Of a stretch of 64,000 nt of DNA, positions 28,442-37,385 are shown in pieces. Below the pieces are notes generated by a model. It made no database searches. It saw only the letters and a program-made list of their open reading frames with translations, and was not told where the DNA came from. Source of the stretch: a virus (taxonomy: Duplodnaviria; Heunggongvirae; Uroviricota; Caudoviricetes). A program made the position numbers and the translations under genes. Location of the stretch: IMG/VR virus record IMGVR_UViG_3300006141_000002; one strand, written 5' to 3'. Every line of letters begins with the position of its first letter. The first letter of the stretch is position 1.

Positions 28442-29119
28442 ATGAGCAAAGTCATTATTCAGGATGAATTTACAAGCAAAACCCCAATCACAATGATTGG
28501 AAAGGAAGCTGGATGCTGCTGGGGAGCAGACACCAGTGACGACAAGAAAAACTACAAGCGCGGGATTGATTGTCTTGAAAGTGAGCACGGGAGAACATTC
28601 GAATTTCCGGATGTCTATATGATTCTGGATGGGTATTCTGCCCGCGTTATTCGTGAGTGGTATACGCATATTGGCGGTTCCCCAACTCGCCTTCAGGCAA
28701 GTACACGGTACATCGACTATGAGCATGGCTTTGATTTTGTAACTCCGCTCAGCATTCGGGAGAATACCACTGCTGGCGATATCTATGCAAATATCATGGC
28801 ATCTATCGAAGATGGTCTGAAAGACCTTGACGAACTTGGGATACCACGAGAGGATTCAGCACTTGCTCTTCCGCTTGGTATGACGACCAAAATCGTGTGT
28901 AAGCATAACATGCGAAACCTCATTGATATGTCCCATCAGAGGATGTGTAAGAGGGCGTATCATGAATACCGGAAACTGTTCAACGATCTGTGTGATGCTC
29001 TGTCCAACTATTCCGAAGAGTGGAAGTACGTTGTTGGACATTATTTTGTGCCGAAGTGCAAGTATATGGGCTTCTGTAAGGAACGATACACCTGCGGCTT
29101 GATGCCGAGGAAGGAGTAA
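28442..29119 (+). CDS. thyX: FAD-dependent thymidylate synthase
   Basis: HGRTFEF, SARVIRE, QASTRY, PREDSALALPLGM and RMCKRA. Confidence 0.88.
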   Translation: MSKVIIQDEFTSKTPITMIGKEAGCCWGADTSDDKKNYKRGIDCLESEHGRTFEFPDVYMILDGYSARVIREWYTHIGGSPTRLQASTRYIDYEHGFDFVTPLSIRENTTAGDIYANIMASIEDGLKDLDELGIPREDSALALPLGMTTKIVCKHNMRNLIDMSHQRMCKRAYHEYRKLFNDLCDALSNYSEEWKYVVGHYFVPKCKYMGFCKERYTCGLMPRKE

Positions 29120-29125
29120 TTCGAT

Positions 29126-29545
29126 ATGAGTTATGCGGATGAAAAGATCAACGACGGTGGAGAACGCATGGTTTACGGCGAAGGTCTCGCAATGCGTGAA
29201 CCATCAACCGGAAAGGGTCGCTACGACCTCATTACTCCGTTCGGCATCCGCCGTCTTGCCATGTGGTATGAGGCTGGAAGCCGCAAATATGCGGATCGTA
29301 ATTGGGAAAAAGGTATGCCTTTCTCCCGCTACATAGACTCGACGAAGCGACACCTCGATAAGTTCATCATGGGTATGGACGACGAAGACCATCTGGCTGC
29401 TGCGGCGTGGAATATCCTCGCTATCATGCACCATGAGGAACTTGGTCAGACCCAGTTTGACGATATGCCACACTACCTCAGTTCTCACGGAGTTGACCCA
29501 GATCAGATTACTTTTGACGACATTATGAGCGTCAGCAAGGAGTAA
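29126..29545 (+). CDS. dATP/dGTP diphosphohydrolase (DUF5664) family
   Basis: GKGRYDL, GSRKYADRNWEKG, RHL and DHLAAAAWN. Confidence 0.82.
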   Translation: MSYADEKINDGGERMVYGEGLAMREPSTGKGRYDLITPFGIRRLAMWYEAGSRKYADRNWEKGMPFSRYIDSTKRHLDKFIMGMDDEDHLAAAAWNILAIMHHEELGQTQFDDMPHYLSSHGVDPDQITFDDIMSVSKE

Positions 29546-29548
29546 CCA

Positions 29549-30109
29549 ATGCGGAAATTAACTGTATTGGTTGATATGGATGACTGCATTGAGAAATTGT
29601 CATTTGCGTGGTCAAAGTATCTAAACCACAAATATGGACTCAACGTTCCATACGAAGCAGTCAATCAATGGGATGTATCTAAAGCATATCCAACACTTAC
29701 CAAAGATCAGGTATATGGGCCTCTATTGGAAGACGATTTCTGGGATTGGGTCGAACCAATCGATGGAGCAGCAGAGACTCTCTTGAAACTGAAAGAGGAT
29801 GGTCACGACGTTCTGATCGTGACCGCCTCTACCTATCATACCATCAAAGCTAAGATGGAGAAGGTTCTTTTCCGATACTTCCCATTCTTAACTTGGGATG
29901 ACGTCATCATCACATGTAGAAAGCATTTGATTGCTGGAGATGTGCTTGTTGATGACGGTATTCATAATCTTTACGGCGGTTCATACAGGAAGATCCTTAT
30001 GAGCGCCATGCACAATTTGGATCTGGATGAAAGCATGGTTGGTGCCGTAAGAGTCAATAGCTGGGTTGAAGCATATGACGAGATCTGGCGAATTGCAAAC
30101 GAAGGGTAG
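29549..30109 (+). CDS. 5'(3')-deoxyribonucleotidase (NT5C, HAD)
   Basis: VDMDDC and DVLVDDG. Confidence 0.85.
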   Translation: MRKLTVLVDMDDCIEKLSFAWSKYLNHKYGLNVPYEAVNQWDVSKAYPTLTKDQVYGPLLEDDFWDWVEPIDGAAETLLKLKEDGHDVLIVTASTYHTIKAKMEKVLFRYFPFLTWDDVIITCRKHLIAGDVLVDDGIHNLYGGSYRKILMSAMHNLDLDESMVGAVRVNSWVEAYDEIWRIANEG

Positions 30110-30117
30110 GTGATACA

Positions 30118-30339
30118 GTGGTCGTAATGTATACCACAGGCTGCCCGAATTGCCGGGCGCTAAAAGACTTGCTGGATGAGAAGAACATTCCATACGTGGA
30201 GAACAATTCCGTCGATGAGATGTTTTCTCTTGGTATTACAAAAGTCCCAGTATTGCGTGTGGGCGATGAGTTGATTCAATACAACGCAGCAATTAACTGG
30301 GCAAATACATACGGGGAGGTATCAGATGAAAAGCAGTAA
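30118..30339 (+). CDS. nrdH: NrdH/glutaredoxin-like redoxin
   Basis: YTTGCPNC and VPVL; immediately upstream of nrdD. Confidence 0.85.
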   Translation: MVVMYTTGCPNCRALKDLLDEKNIPYVENNSVDEMFSLGITKVPVLRVGDELIQYNAAINWANTYGEVSDEKQ

Positions 30340-32077
30340 AAATATTGTTGAATCTTATCTGGACAAAAAGGATTGGCGAGTAAAGGAAAATTCAAATGCT
30401 CCATACAGCTTTGGAGCAATGAACAAGTACATTACGGCAGAGGTCAGCAAGGACTACTGGCTCCGCGAAGTCTACCCTGAATACATCTCGCAAGCATATG
30501 TTGATGGACATATCCACATCCATGATCTTGGGGGACTGACACTTTATTGCGTTGGATACTCTCTGAGGGAAATCCTGCTCAAAGGCGTTCGTAATGTACC
30601 AAGTGTGCCAACATCTGCTCCGGCAAAGCACTTTGACTCTGTTCTTAATCAGATTGCAAACCTGATTACGATTTTCCAGAACGAAATCATGGGAGCTGTT
30701 GCTTTGAACGGATTTGACACGTTGCTCGCTCCGTTCATCAAAAGCGACAAAATCGGGTATGACGAAGTAAAGCAGTCAATGCAGAACTTTATTTTCAGCA
30801 TTAACTCGAACAGTCGGGCTGGAGCAGAACCTGCTTTTTCCAACATTACCTTTGACCTGACACCACCAAAAGATATGTTGGACGAATATGTCATCGTTGG
30901 CGGCAAACTCCAAAGCTTCACTTATGGTTCCTGCCAGCAGGAAATGGACATGCTCAACAGAGTATTCTTTGAGATTATGCTCAATGGTGATGCAGACGGG
31001 AAGCTGTTTGCATATCCTATTCCGACTTATAATATCCACGAACGTTTTGATTGGGATAATCCTAACAATGAAATGCTGTGGGAGATGGCGGGGAAGTACG
31101 GGACTCCGTATTTTGCCAACTTTATCAACAGCGATTTGGATATCTCAGACGTGAGGTCTATGTGCTGCCGCCTGCGCCTCGATCTGTCTGAGCTTCGCCA
31201 TAGAAATGGCGGCCTGTTTGGAGCAGGAGACTCAACAGGCTCTATTGGCGTTGTTACACTGAATCTTCCTCGCCTTGGATATGAGAACAAAGGCGATCAG
31301 GCAAGCTTTTACGCCGCTTTGGATAAGTATCTCGACATCGCCAGAGATAGTCTGGAAATCAAGCGGGACTGGCTCCAGAAAGAGGTTATCGACGCGCACA
31401 TGCTGCCGGCATATATGGAGTATGTTGGTACGATCAACAACCACTTCTCAACAATCGGCGTCATCGGCATGAATGAAATGTGTGAAAATTTCATGGGGAA
31501 GAACATTATTGACCCTGAAGCCAAGCAGTTCTGTGTTGATGTTGGCAACCACATCAGGGCACGGCTCCTGGTTTATCAGGAGGAGACCGGCCACCTGTAT
31601 AACTACGAGGCAACGCCGGCCGAATCGACATGCTACCGGTTTGCGTTGGCCGACAGGAAAATCTACCCTGACATCATTACTCAGGGCAGCGGACTTGATT
31701 GCTATTACACGAATAGCTGTCACATTCCTGTCAGCATGATTGATGGTATCGATAGCACCTTCAAGCACCAGGAAGATCTTCAGACGCAGTTTACAGGCGG
31801 AACTGTCATTCATGTGTGGGAAGAAGGCGCTATTACTGGCGAGCAGGCAAAAGCCATCGTCAAAGCAATGTGTGAGAACTATCGGGTTCCGTATATGAGC
31901 CTATCCCCGATCTCTCGTTACTGCGACGAACATGGATATATACCAGAAAAAGTGGATAAGTGTCCGTACTGCAAGCAACGGCTCAAGAAGTATCAGCGCA
32001 TCACTGGGTATCTGCGCTGTGTGGATAACTTCAATCGCGGCAAAAAAGCCGAGTTTTCAGACAGGGTTCAACTCTGA
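30326..32077 (+). CDS. nrdD: Class III anaerobic ribonucleotide reductase
   Basis: IHIHDL, SMCCRL, EATPAES, CPYC and RITGYL glycyl-radical motif. Confidence 0.95.
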   Translation: MKSSKNIVESYLDKKDWRVKENSNAPYSFGAMNKYITAEVSKDYWLREVYPEYISQAYVDGHIHIHDLGGLTLYCVGYSLREILLKGVRNVPSVPTSAPAKHFDSVLNQIANLITIFQNEIMGAVALNGFDTLLAPFIKSDKIGYDEVKQSMQNFIFSINSNSRAGAEPAFSNITFDLTPPKDMLDEYVIVGGKLQSFTYGSCQQEMDMLNRVFFEIMLNGDADGKLFAYPIPTYNIHERFDWDNPNNEMLWEMAGKYGTPYFANFINSDLDISDVRSMCCRLRLDLSELRHRNGGLFGAGDSTGSIGVVTLNLPRLGYENKGDQASFYAALDKYLDIARDSLEIKRDWLQKEVIDAHMLPAYMEYVGTINNHFSTIGVIGMNEMCENFMGKNIIDPEAKQFCVDVGNHIRARLLVYQEETGHLYNYEATPAESTCYRFALADRKIYPDIITQGSGLDCYYTNSCHIPVSMIDGIDSTFKHQEDLQTQFTGGTVIHVWEEGAITGEQAKAIVKAMCENYRVPYMSLSPISRYCDEHGYIPEKVDKCPYCKQRLKKYQRITGYLRCVDNFNRGKKAEFSDRVQL

Positions 32078-32562
32078 TGCGAGTCCTCACTGTTGTTGAT
32101 GAACGGTTCGATGATTACAAGAAACCGTCAATGTTCATCGGCGCAATATCCTGCGGCGGCAAATGCTGCATAGAAGCAGGAATACCTACATCTGTCTGTC
32201 AGAATGACGGGTGGCGCTCACGCGCCCCCGTCACTATTGACAGTTGTGAACTGTGTGAACGATACCTCGCCAATAAAGTTACCGAGGCAGTTATTTTTGG
32301 TGGTCTGGAACCGTTCGAGCAGTTTAATGAGATGGAAGAAGTTATTCATGATTTACGGCTTGTCTTTAGGTGCAACGACGATGTTGTAATCTATACAGGC
32401 TATTACCCAGAGGAGATAAAGGAGCAGCTCAAGACACTATCTGCTTATAAGAACATTATTGTAAAGTTTGGACGATTCGTACCGAATAGTACAAGCCGGT
32501 TTGATGATGTTCTTGGCGTTACCCTCGCAAGTGATAATCAATATGCAGAGAGGATTTCATAA
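32077..32562 (+). CDS. nrdG: NrdG-like activating protein with atypical Cys spacing
   Basis: Follows nrdD; CGGKCC...CQN, FGGLEP, IYTGY, KFGRF and SDNQ. Confidence 0.75.
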   Translation: MRVLTVVDERFDDYKKPSMFIGAISCGGKCCIEAGIPTSVCQNDGWRSRAPVTIDSCELCERYLANKVTEAVIFGGLEPFEQFNEMEEVIHDLRLVFRCNDDVVIYTGYYPEEIKEQLKTLSAYKNIIVKFGRFVPNSTSRFDDVLGVTLASDNQYAERIS

Positions 32563-32747
32563 TGAGAATCACAACGAACCCTGACACAGAATTTGTGTAT
32601 GAAATCAGACAGCAGCTAAAAGCCAACAATGGATACTGCCCATGTGCTCTGGTAAAAAATGCAGATACAAAATGTATGTGTAAAGAATTCCGAGAAATGA
32701 CAGAGGGCGCCTGTCATTGCGGGCTTTATATCAAGTGTGCAGAATAG
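32562..32747 (+). CDS. Minimal ferredoxin-thioredoxin reductase catalytic-subunit-like protein (61 aa)
   Basis: YCPC, CMC and CHCGLY triad. Confidence 0.8.
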   Translation: MRITTNPDTEFVYEIRQQLKANNGYCPCALVKNADTKCMCKEFREMTEGACHCGLYIKCAE

Positions 32748-32756
32748 GAGGCCAAT

Positions 32757-32996
32757 ATGAAAACGAAGACTGAAATCCAGTATTTCTACAATGAAGTAAC
32801 TGGTAAGATGGATCGAAAGGTAATCACTGAAACTACAGAGGGAGTTCCGTGTGGTGAATGTGAAGATGGAGAGCTTCTCACAGGTGAGGTAGAGCTTGTC
32901 GATGGTCCTTGCGTAGTAATGGCTGTTACAACGCTGGCTGTTACGGTTATTGGTGTGTGCGCTGCTGTAATTAGCAACATCTTTAGGCGCAAGTGA
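32757..32996 (+). CDS. Small protein with C-terminal TM helix
   Basis: AGGAGG RBS; hydrophobic tail. Confidence 0.6.
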   Translation: MKTKTEIQYFYNEVTGKMDRKVITETTEGVPCGECEDGELLTGEVELVDGPCVVMAVTTLAVTVIGVCAAVISNIFRRK

Positions 32997-32997
32997 T

Positions 32998-33336
32998 ATG
33001 GTACAGCTTGACTACCTTGAAGAACTGAAAGCCATCAGAAAATGTGTGCAGCTACCAGGATTCAGAGTCGGTGTCTTTACAAAACTTATCCATGATGCAA
33101 AGTGCGTTTATATGGACTTTGTAAATGAGATATGTTTAGACGAAGAAGAAAAGGATGCCATTTCCAAAGTACAAGACAGATATGTAACTTTCAAAAATGG
33201 AAGCAGCATCAGGTTTTTATCCGCCGGAGACAGTGCAAGAGGACACAAGTTCAACTTTGTTTTGTATGACAAAGACATCTCCTCAGACATCTTGTACTCT
33301 GTTGTAGCTCACACAGAATTTAGATATGAGGAGTGA
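32998..33336 (+). CDS. Protein resembling the central segment of a terminase large-subunit ATPase
   Basis: CVQLPG.RV, VTFKNGSSIRF..A.D.ARG and VLYD. Confidence 0.55.
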   Translation: MVQLDYLEELKAIRKCVQLPGFRVGVFTKLIHDAKCVYMDFVNEICLDEEEKDAISKVQDRYVTFKNGSSIRFLSAGDSARGHKFNFVLYDKDISSDILYSVVAHTEFRYEE

Positions 33337-33823
33337 TTTGTTGGAAAACCAATTCACAGAAATTGAACGCAAGTTCTTAATTGATAGATTACCAACTTCC
33401 TTGCCAATGTTGGAGAGGAAAGAAGTCTATCAAGCATATCTGTCTATTGATCCAGAGGTAAGAATTCGAAGGAATGTTGTTGAAGGAATAGACGTCTCAT
33501 ATTACATCGCTATCAAATCGAACGGTGAACTTATTCGCCGTGAAGTCGAGATTCCTATTTCAAAAGAATACTTCTACGCACTGGCTGATATGGTCGAACA
33601 CCCATTTGTCAAAAAGGATTTTAGTATATATGACATCGATGGCCTTATATTGGAATGCTCACATGTAGACAAAGGCACTGATACAGAGTTTATGTACGCA
33701 GAAGTAGAATTCCAAAGCGTAGAGGATGCAAATAACTTTGTACCGCCGAGTATCTGCAAAATGGACGTCACAAATGATCCTTCATACAAGATGAAGAACT
33801 ACTGGAAACGTACACGGAATTAA
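33326..33823 (+). CDS. CYTH / triphosphate tunnel metalloenzyme
   Basis: EIERKFL, QAYL, RIR and YAEVEF; real start may be TTG 33341. Confidence 0.85.
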   Translation: MRSDLLENQFTEIERKFLIDRLPTSLPMLERKEVYQAYLSIDPEVRIRRNVVEGIDVSYYIAIKSNGELIRREVEIPISKEYFYALADMVEHPFVKKDFSIYDIDGLILECSHVDKGTDTEFMYAEVEFQSVEDANNFVPPSICKMDVTNDPSYKMKNYWKRTRN

Positions 33824-33832
33824 GGAGAAACT

Positions 33833-34357
33833 ATGCAAGTAGGAAAATTTGAAAAAGTCAGCTTCGAACAGTTCCTTGAATCCATGAAGGATATGCCGAT
33901 TGCAAATGAGTGGGAATTTTATAAAGCGTATGTTCATGACTTATACGAGCAGATCAAACTTCCGACACGGGCAACGTCAGGGTCTGCAGGGTATGACTTC
34001 AGAGCCCCCTTCTCTTTTACTCTGCACCCAGGTGATACTATCAAAATTCCGACTGGCATCCGGGTAAAGATTGAGCCTGGATGGTGGCTGGCGTGTGTTC
34101 CGCGTAGTGGTCTTGGGTTCAAGTACCGGATGCAGCTTAACAACACCATCGGCGTGATCGATGAAGACTATTACGGCTCTGATAATGAAGGTCATATCTT
34201 TGCCAAGATCACCAACGATACCAATGAAGGAAAAGATATCTGCATCGATGCTGGCGATGGCTTTATGCAGGCTATTTTCATCCCATACGGTATCACATAC
34301 AACGACAATGCTGTTGCCGTCAGAAATGGAGGCATCGGCAGTACAGGAGCAAAGTGA
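33833..34357 (+). CDS. dut: Trimeric dUTPase
   Basis: SAGYD, RSG, GVIDEDY, Q and RNGGIGSTG. Confidence 0.93.
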   Translation: MQVGKFEKVSFEQFLESMKDMPIANEWEFYKAYVHDLYEQIKLPTRATSGSAGYDFRAPFSFTLHPGDTIKIPTGIRVKIEPGWWLACVPRSGLGFKYRMQLNNTIGVIDEDYYGSDNEGHIFAKITNDTNEGKDICIDAGDGFMQAIFIPYGITYNDNAVAVRNGGIGSTGAK

Positions 34358-34533
34358 TGGATAAAAAATCAAATAAGCTCATATTCCGAATTGACTGTAA
34401 GGTATTGACCGCCGTATTCGTCATTCTTAAACTGTTCGGTATCATCAGATGGAGCTGGTTGCTGGTATTAGCGCCGCTCTGGATGCCTCCGGCCGTCGCC
34501 TTTATTCTGGCGATTCTCTTGCGAGGTGATTGA
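34357..34533 (+). CDS. Small membrane protein (58 aa, not in the ORF track)
   Basis: TGATG overlap with dut; ILKLFGIIRWSWLLVLAPLW is typical of small phage TM proteins. Confidence 0.7.
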   Translation: MDKKSNKLIFRIDCKVLTAVFVILKLFGIIRWSWLLVLAPLWMPPAVAFILAILLRGD

Positions 34534-34694
34534 TATTCCAAAGTATATCACAGACGAGCACCAGGTCAATCACTGCGGATCTATTTTTACCGTAGTCAAC
34601 AATACTCCCAATATACATAAAGAGGATAGAGATGAACAAAAACGGGAAGTTGAAGACCGTCTCTACTCCATCTTTAGCAAATACCAACCATCGT

Positions 34695-34743
34695 AAAAAA
34701 ATAGCAGAGCTTCGTCCTTCGTGGGCGAGCTCTGCTTTTTTTT
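34695..34743. terminator. Bidirectional intrinsic terminator upstream of the integrase
   Basis: A7-AGCAGAGCT...AGCTCTGCT-T tract. Confidence 0.8.
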
Positions 34744-34766
34744 AGCACAGAAAGGGAGTACAAAAC

Positions 34767-36278
34767 ATGGATTTTATTTACGCCAGACAATCAGTAGACC
34801 GCGAGGACAGTATCTCTATTGAAAGTCAAATTGAACTCTGCAAAAAAGAGGTTTCCTCTCCAGAGTGCATGACATTCTCGGATAAGGGGTACAGTGGGAA
34901 GAACACAGACAGGCCAGACTTCCAGCGTATGATGGAGCGCATTAAGGCTGGCGACACAACCAGAGTGATTGTATATAGGCTCGACCGTATCAGCCGGTCT
35001 GTTCTGGACTTTGCTGAGCTTATCAACGAGTTTCAAAAATATGGTGTCGAGTTTATATCAGTAACGGAGCGGTTTGATACATCGACACCGATAGGTAAAG
35101 CGATGTTGATGATCGTCATGATTTTTGCTCAGCTTGAGCGCGAAACAATACAGCAGCGTGTAATTGACGCATACCGCTCAAGAAGCCGCAAGGGGTTCTA
35201 TATGGGCGGTCGTGTTCCATACGGTTTTCGCTTGAAAGATACAGTGATAGATGGTATCAAAACCAGTATGTATGAGCCGATACCAGAAGAGATTGAAGTG
35301 GTGAAGCTTATTTATTCCCTATACTCAGACCCACAGACATCATTTTCAGATGTAATGCGGTATCTGTACGACCATGGAGTACGAAACCGGGACGGAGAAG
35401 CTTTCAGCAGAACACGAATACGGGATGTGATTGTGAATCCAATCTATCTGAAAGCGGATGACATGATCTATGAGTTTTTCCAGAACCAAGGGGCTGTTAT
35501 CGTGAATGATATATCGCAGTTTATAGGGATGAATGGTGTTTATCTCTATACTGGTGAGGATACCGATAAACGAAAGTCTATATCGCTGGATGGACACATC
35601 GTGGTTCTGGCACCACACATGGGATGTATTGATTCAACGCTATGGCTCCAGTGCAGAAAGAAGTGTCTCAATGTCAGACAAATCGCAAAGCCGGTCAAGG
35701 CCAAAAATACGTGGCTGGCGGGTAAGATAAAATGCAGGAAATGTGGATATGCGCTGTCGCTCAGAGAGTATAAACGGAAATATGCAGATACAGCAAGGTA
35801 TTACGTGTGTGCAAGGAAATACGTCGCTATGACGTGCGATGGTATCGGTGCTGTTCCTGCAGAGAAAATAGAAGATATTGTATTCCTTGAAATGCAGAAG
35901 AAGCTGGCAGAGTTTAATGAACTTCAAATGCACGAAAAGCGCGAGGACAGCTTGGAAGTCACAAAGAAAAAGGTGAGGGTAGATCAGATTGAGAACGAGA
36001 TTAAAATTCTTGTAGAGAGGATTATATCTGCAAATTCTGCAACAATGGAATACATCAATCGGAAGATAGAGGAGCTGGATGCTGAGAAGGTAGTCCTAAA
36101 AAGAGAAATTGCTGAAATGTCAGCAGACATTTACGGCAGGAAAGATGTTGGTGCAGTCAAAGACTATTTGCGCCAATGGAATGAAATAAGTATCAGCGAC
36201 AAGCTAGTGGTTATCGACACGCTGGTTGATACAATCAAAGTGGACGAGGAGCGTGTTGAAATTACATGGAAGATTTAG
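34767..36278 (+). CDS. Large serine recombinase (integrase)
   Basis: YARQS catalytic Ser, DKGYSG, RPDF, YRLDRISR; recombinase domain, CRKCG zinc ribbon, coiled coil. Confidence 0.95.
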   Translation: MDFIYARQSVDREDSISIESQIELCKKEVSSPECMTFSDKGYSGKNTDRPDFQRMMERIKAGDTTRVIVYRLDRISRSVLDFAELINEFQKYGVEFISVTERFDTSTPIGKAMLMIVMIFAQLERETIQQRVIDAYRSRSRKGFYMGGRVPYGFRLKDTVIDGIKTSMYEPIPEEIEVVKLIYSLYSDPQTSFSDVMRYLYDHGVRNRDGEAFSRTRIRDVIVNPIYLKADDMIYEFFQNQGAVIVNDISQFIGMNGVYLYTGEDTDKRKSISLDGHIVVLAPHMGCIDSTLWLQCRKKCLNVRQIAKPVKAKNTWLAGKIKCRKCGYALSLREYKRKYADTARYYVCARKYVAMTCDGIGAVPAEKIEDIVFLEMQKKLAEFNELQMHEKREDSLEVTKKKVRVDQIENEIKILVERIISANSATMEYINRKIEELDAEKVVLKREIAEMSADIYGRKDVGAVKDYLRQWNEISISDKLVVIDTLVDTIKVDEERVEITWKI

Positions 36279-36279
36279 G

Positions 36280-36327
36280 CGTTGTAGTCTGATTGTATCG
36301 CCAAAGCAGGACAATCAACATACAGCG
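36280..36327. other. Candidate attP: imperfect inverted repeat right after the integrase stop
   Basis: CGTTGTAGTCTGATTGT-14 nt-ACAATCAACATACAGCG, 13/17 arm matches. Confidence 0.45.
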
Positions 36328-36347
36328 AAATCTTACCTATTTCATAA

Positions 36348-36374
36348 TCGTCTCAAATCAATCATTTGAGACGA
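36348..36374. repeat. Perfect 11-bp inverted repeat
   Basis: TCGTCTCAAAT-CAATC-ATTTGAGACGA. Confidence 0.8.
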
Positions 36375-36449
36375 ATACATACCAGATGTTCATTTACAAG
36401 AGAGTCATAAACGATTGTGGCTATGTTATAAGTGAATATCTACGTCATG

Positions 36450-36486
36450 GCGGGGCTGCGGCAACTTAGCTCCGCTTTCTTCTTTT
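36450..36486 (+). terminator. Terminator for rightward transcription
   Basis: GCGGGGCT...AGCTCCGC followed by a T-rich tract. Confidence 0.6.
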
Positions 36487-36490
36487 GCGC

Positions 36491-36530
36491 AAAAAAATAG
36501 GAGAGCAGCCCATAAATGGACGCTCTCCTA
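36491..36530 (-). terminator. Terminator of the late/lysis operon
   Basis: TAGGAGAGC...GCTCTCCTA followed by a T run on the minus strand. Confidence 0.65.
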
Positions 36531-36569
36531 AAACTTTGATACCATACCCTGGTGTATGGGCGTGCGGCG

Positions 36570-37037
36570 TTACGCCTCATGTCCTTCGTGATGTTCCTGC
36601 CACTCACGATAGGCGCGCTTGATGTTCTCAATAGCCAATACGGCTCGGTTATTTTCGTACTCCTTGTGCGTCTCGCAATAACGCTCATAGAAGTCAATCT
36701 CATGCAGGGCTTCAATGAAATCCTCATGTGTATGAGGCAAATTCTGAAGCAACTCTCGATTAAAACGCAGAATCTGCACCCTATGTAAATCAGCGTTGCG
36801 TTCATCGTCGGTGTGAATATGGTTGTCAAGACGTTTTTGTGTCTCCGTCTGCATCTCTTGGAGTTTATCGAGTTTTCCGATAATATCTCCATGCAGGGCA
36901 GAACCGATTGCAGACATAACCTTTTTGCATCCGTGGCCGATTGCAGACCATGGATTTACCTTGATCGGCGCGATTTGAATCAGTGTCATCAGAACGAGCA
37001 GAGCTCCACTGCTCGTCATGATATCTTGAAGGTTCAT
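36570..37037 (-). CDS. Lysis-module membrane-anchored protein
   Basis: N-terminal TM LIQIAPIKVNPW; last gene of the lysis cluster. Confidence 0.7.
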   Translation of the reverse strand: MNLQDIMTSSGALLVLMTLIQIAPIKVNPWSAIGHGCKKVMSAIGSALHGDIIGKLDKLQEMQTETQKRLDNHIHTDDERNADLHRVQILRFNRELLQNLPHTHEDFIEALHEIDFYERYCETHKEYENNRAVLAIENIKRAYREWQEHHEGHEA

Positions 37038-37040
37038 AGC

Positions 37041-37379
37041 TTACTCACCTGCCTTCTCCGTAGGCGCATTAACCGTCTTGCTCATCTTACACAGGTCATC
37101 AATGAGTTTAGCAATATCACTCATATTGATGCCGTACTTAACTGCTTCAGGTGAAGCCTTAACCATAGCCATAACCCATTCTTTCCTACTTGCTCCATTG
37201 TCGAACATGTCCTCTGCCTGTTCCATATATCCAGCGACCATCTTTACAACCTCTGGCCAATTTTTGTCCTTAATAATTTGCTGCACATACTTTACCATAC
37301 TGATCATCAGAGCGATGATAGCAGCAATTCCGGTCAGATTAGAAAGAATTAACTTTGCCCACTCCATATTCATAGTCAT
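37041..37379 (-). CDS. Holin, LL-H-like
   Basis: Single N-terminal TM, AE...GASRKEWV motif, next to endolysin. Confidence 0.72.
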   Translation of the reverse strand: MTMNMEWAKLILSNLTGIAAIIALMISMVKYVQQIIKDKNWPEVVKMVAGYMEQAEDMFDNGASRKEWVMAMVKASPEAVKYGINMSDIAKLIDDLCKMSKTVNAPTEKAGE

Positions 37380-37385
37380 TCCTCC

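Noticed and set aside
34502-34687. 61-aa minus-strand ORF
   Set aside because: TTG start without a clear RBS and overlaps the 58-aa plus-strand membrane gene; not supported
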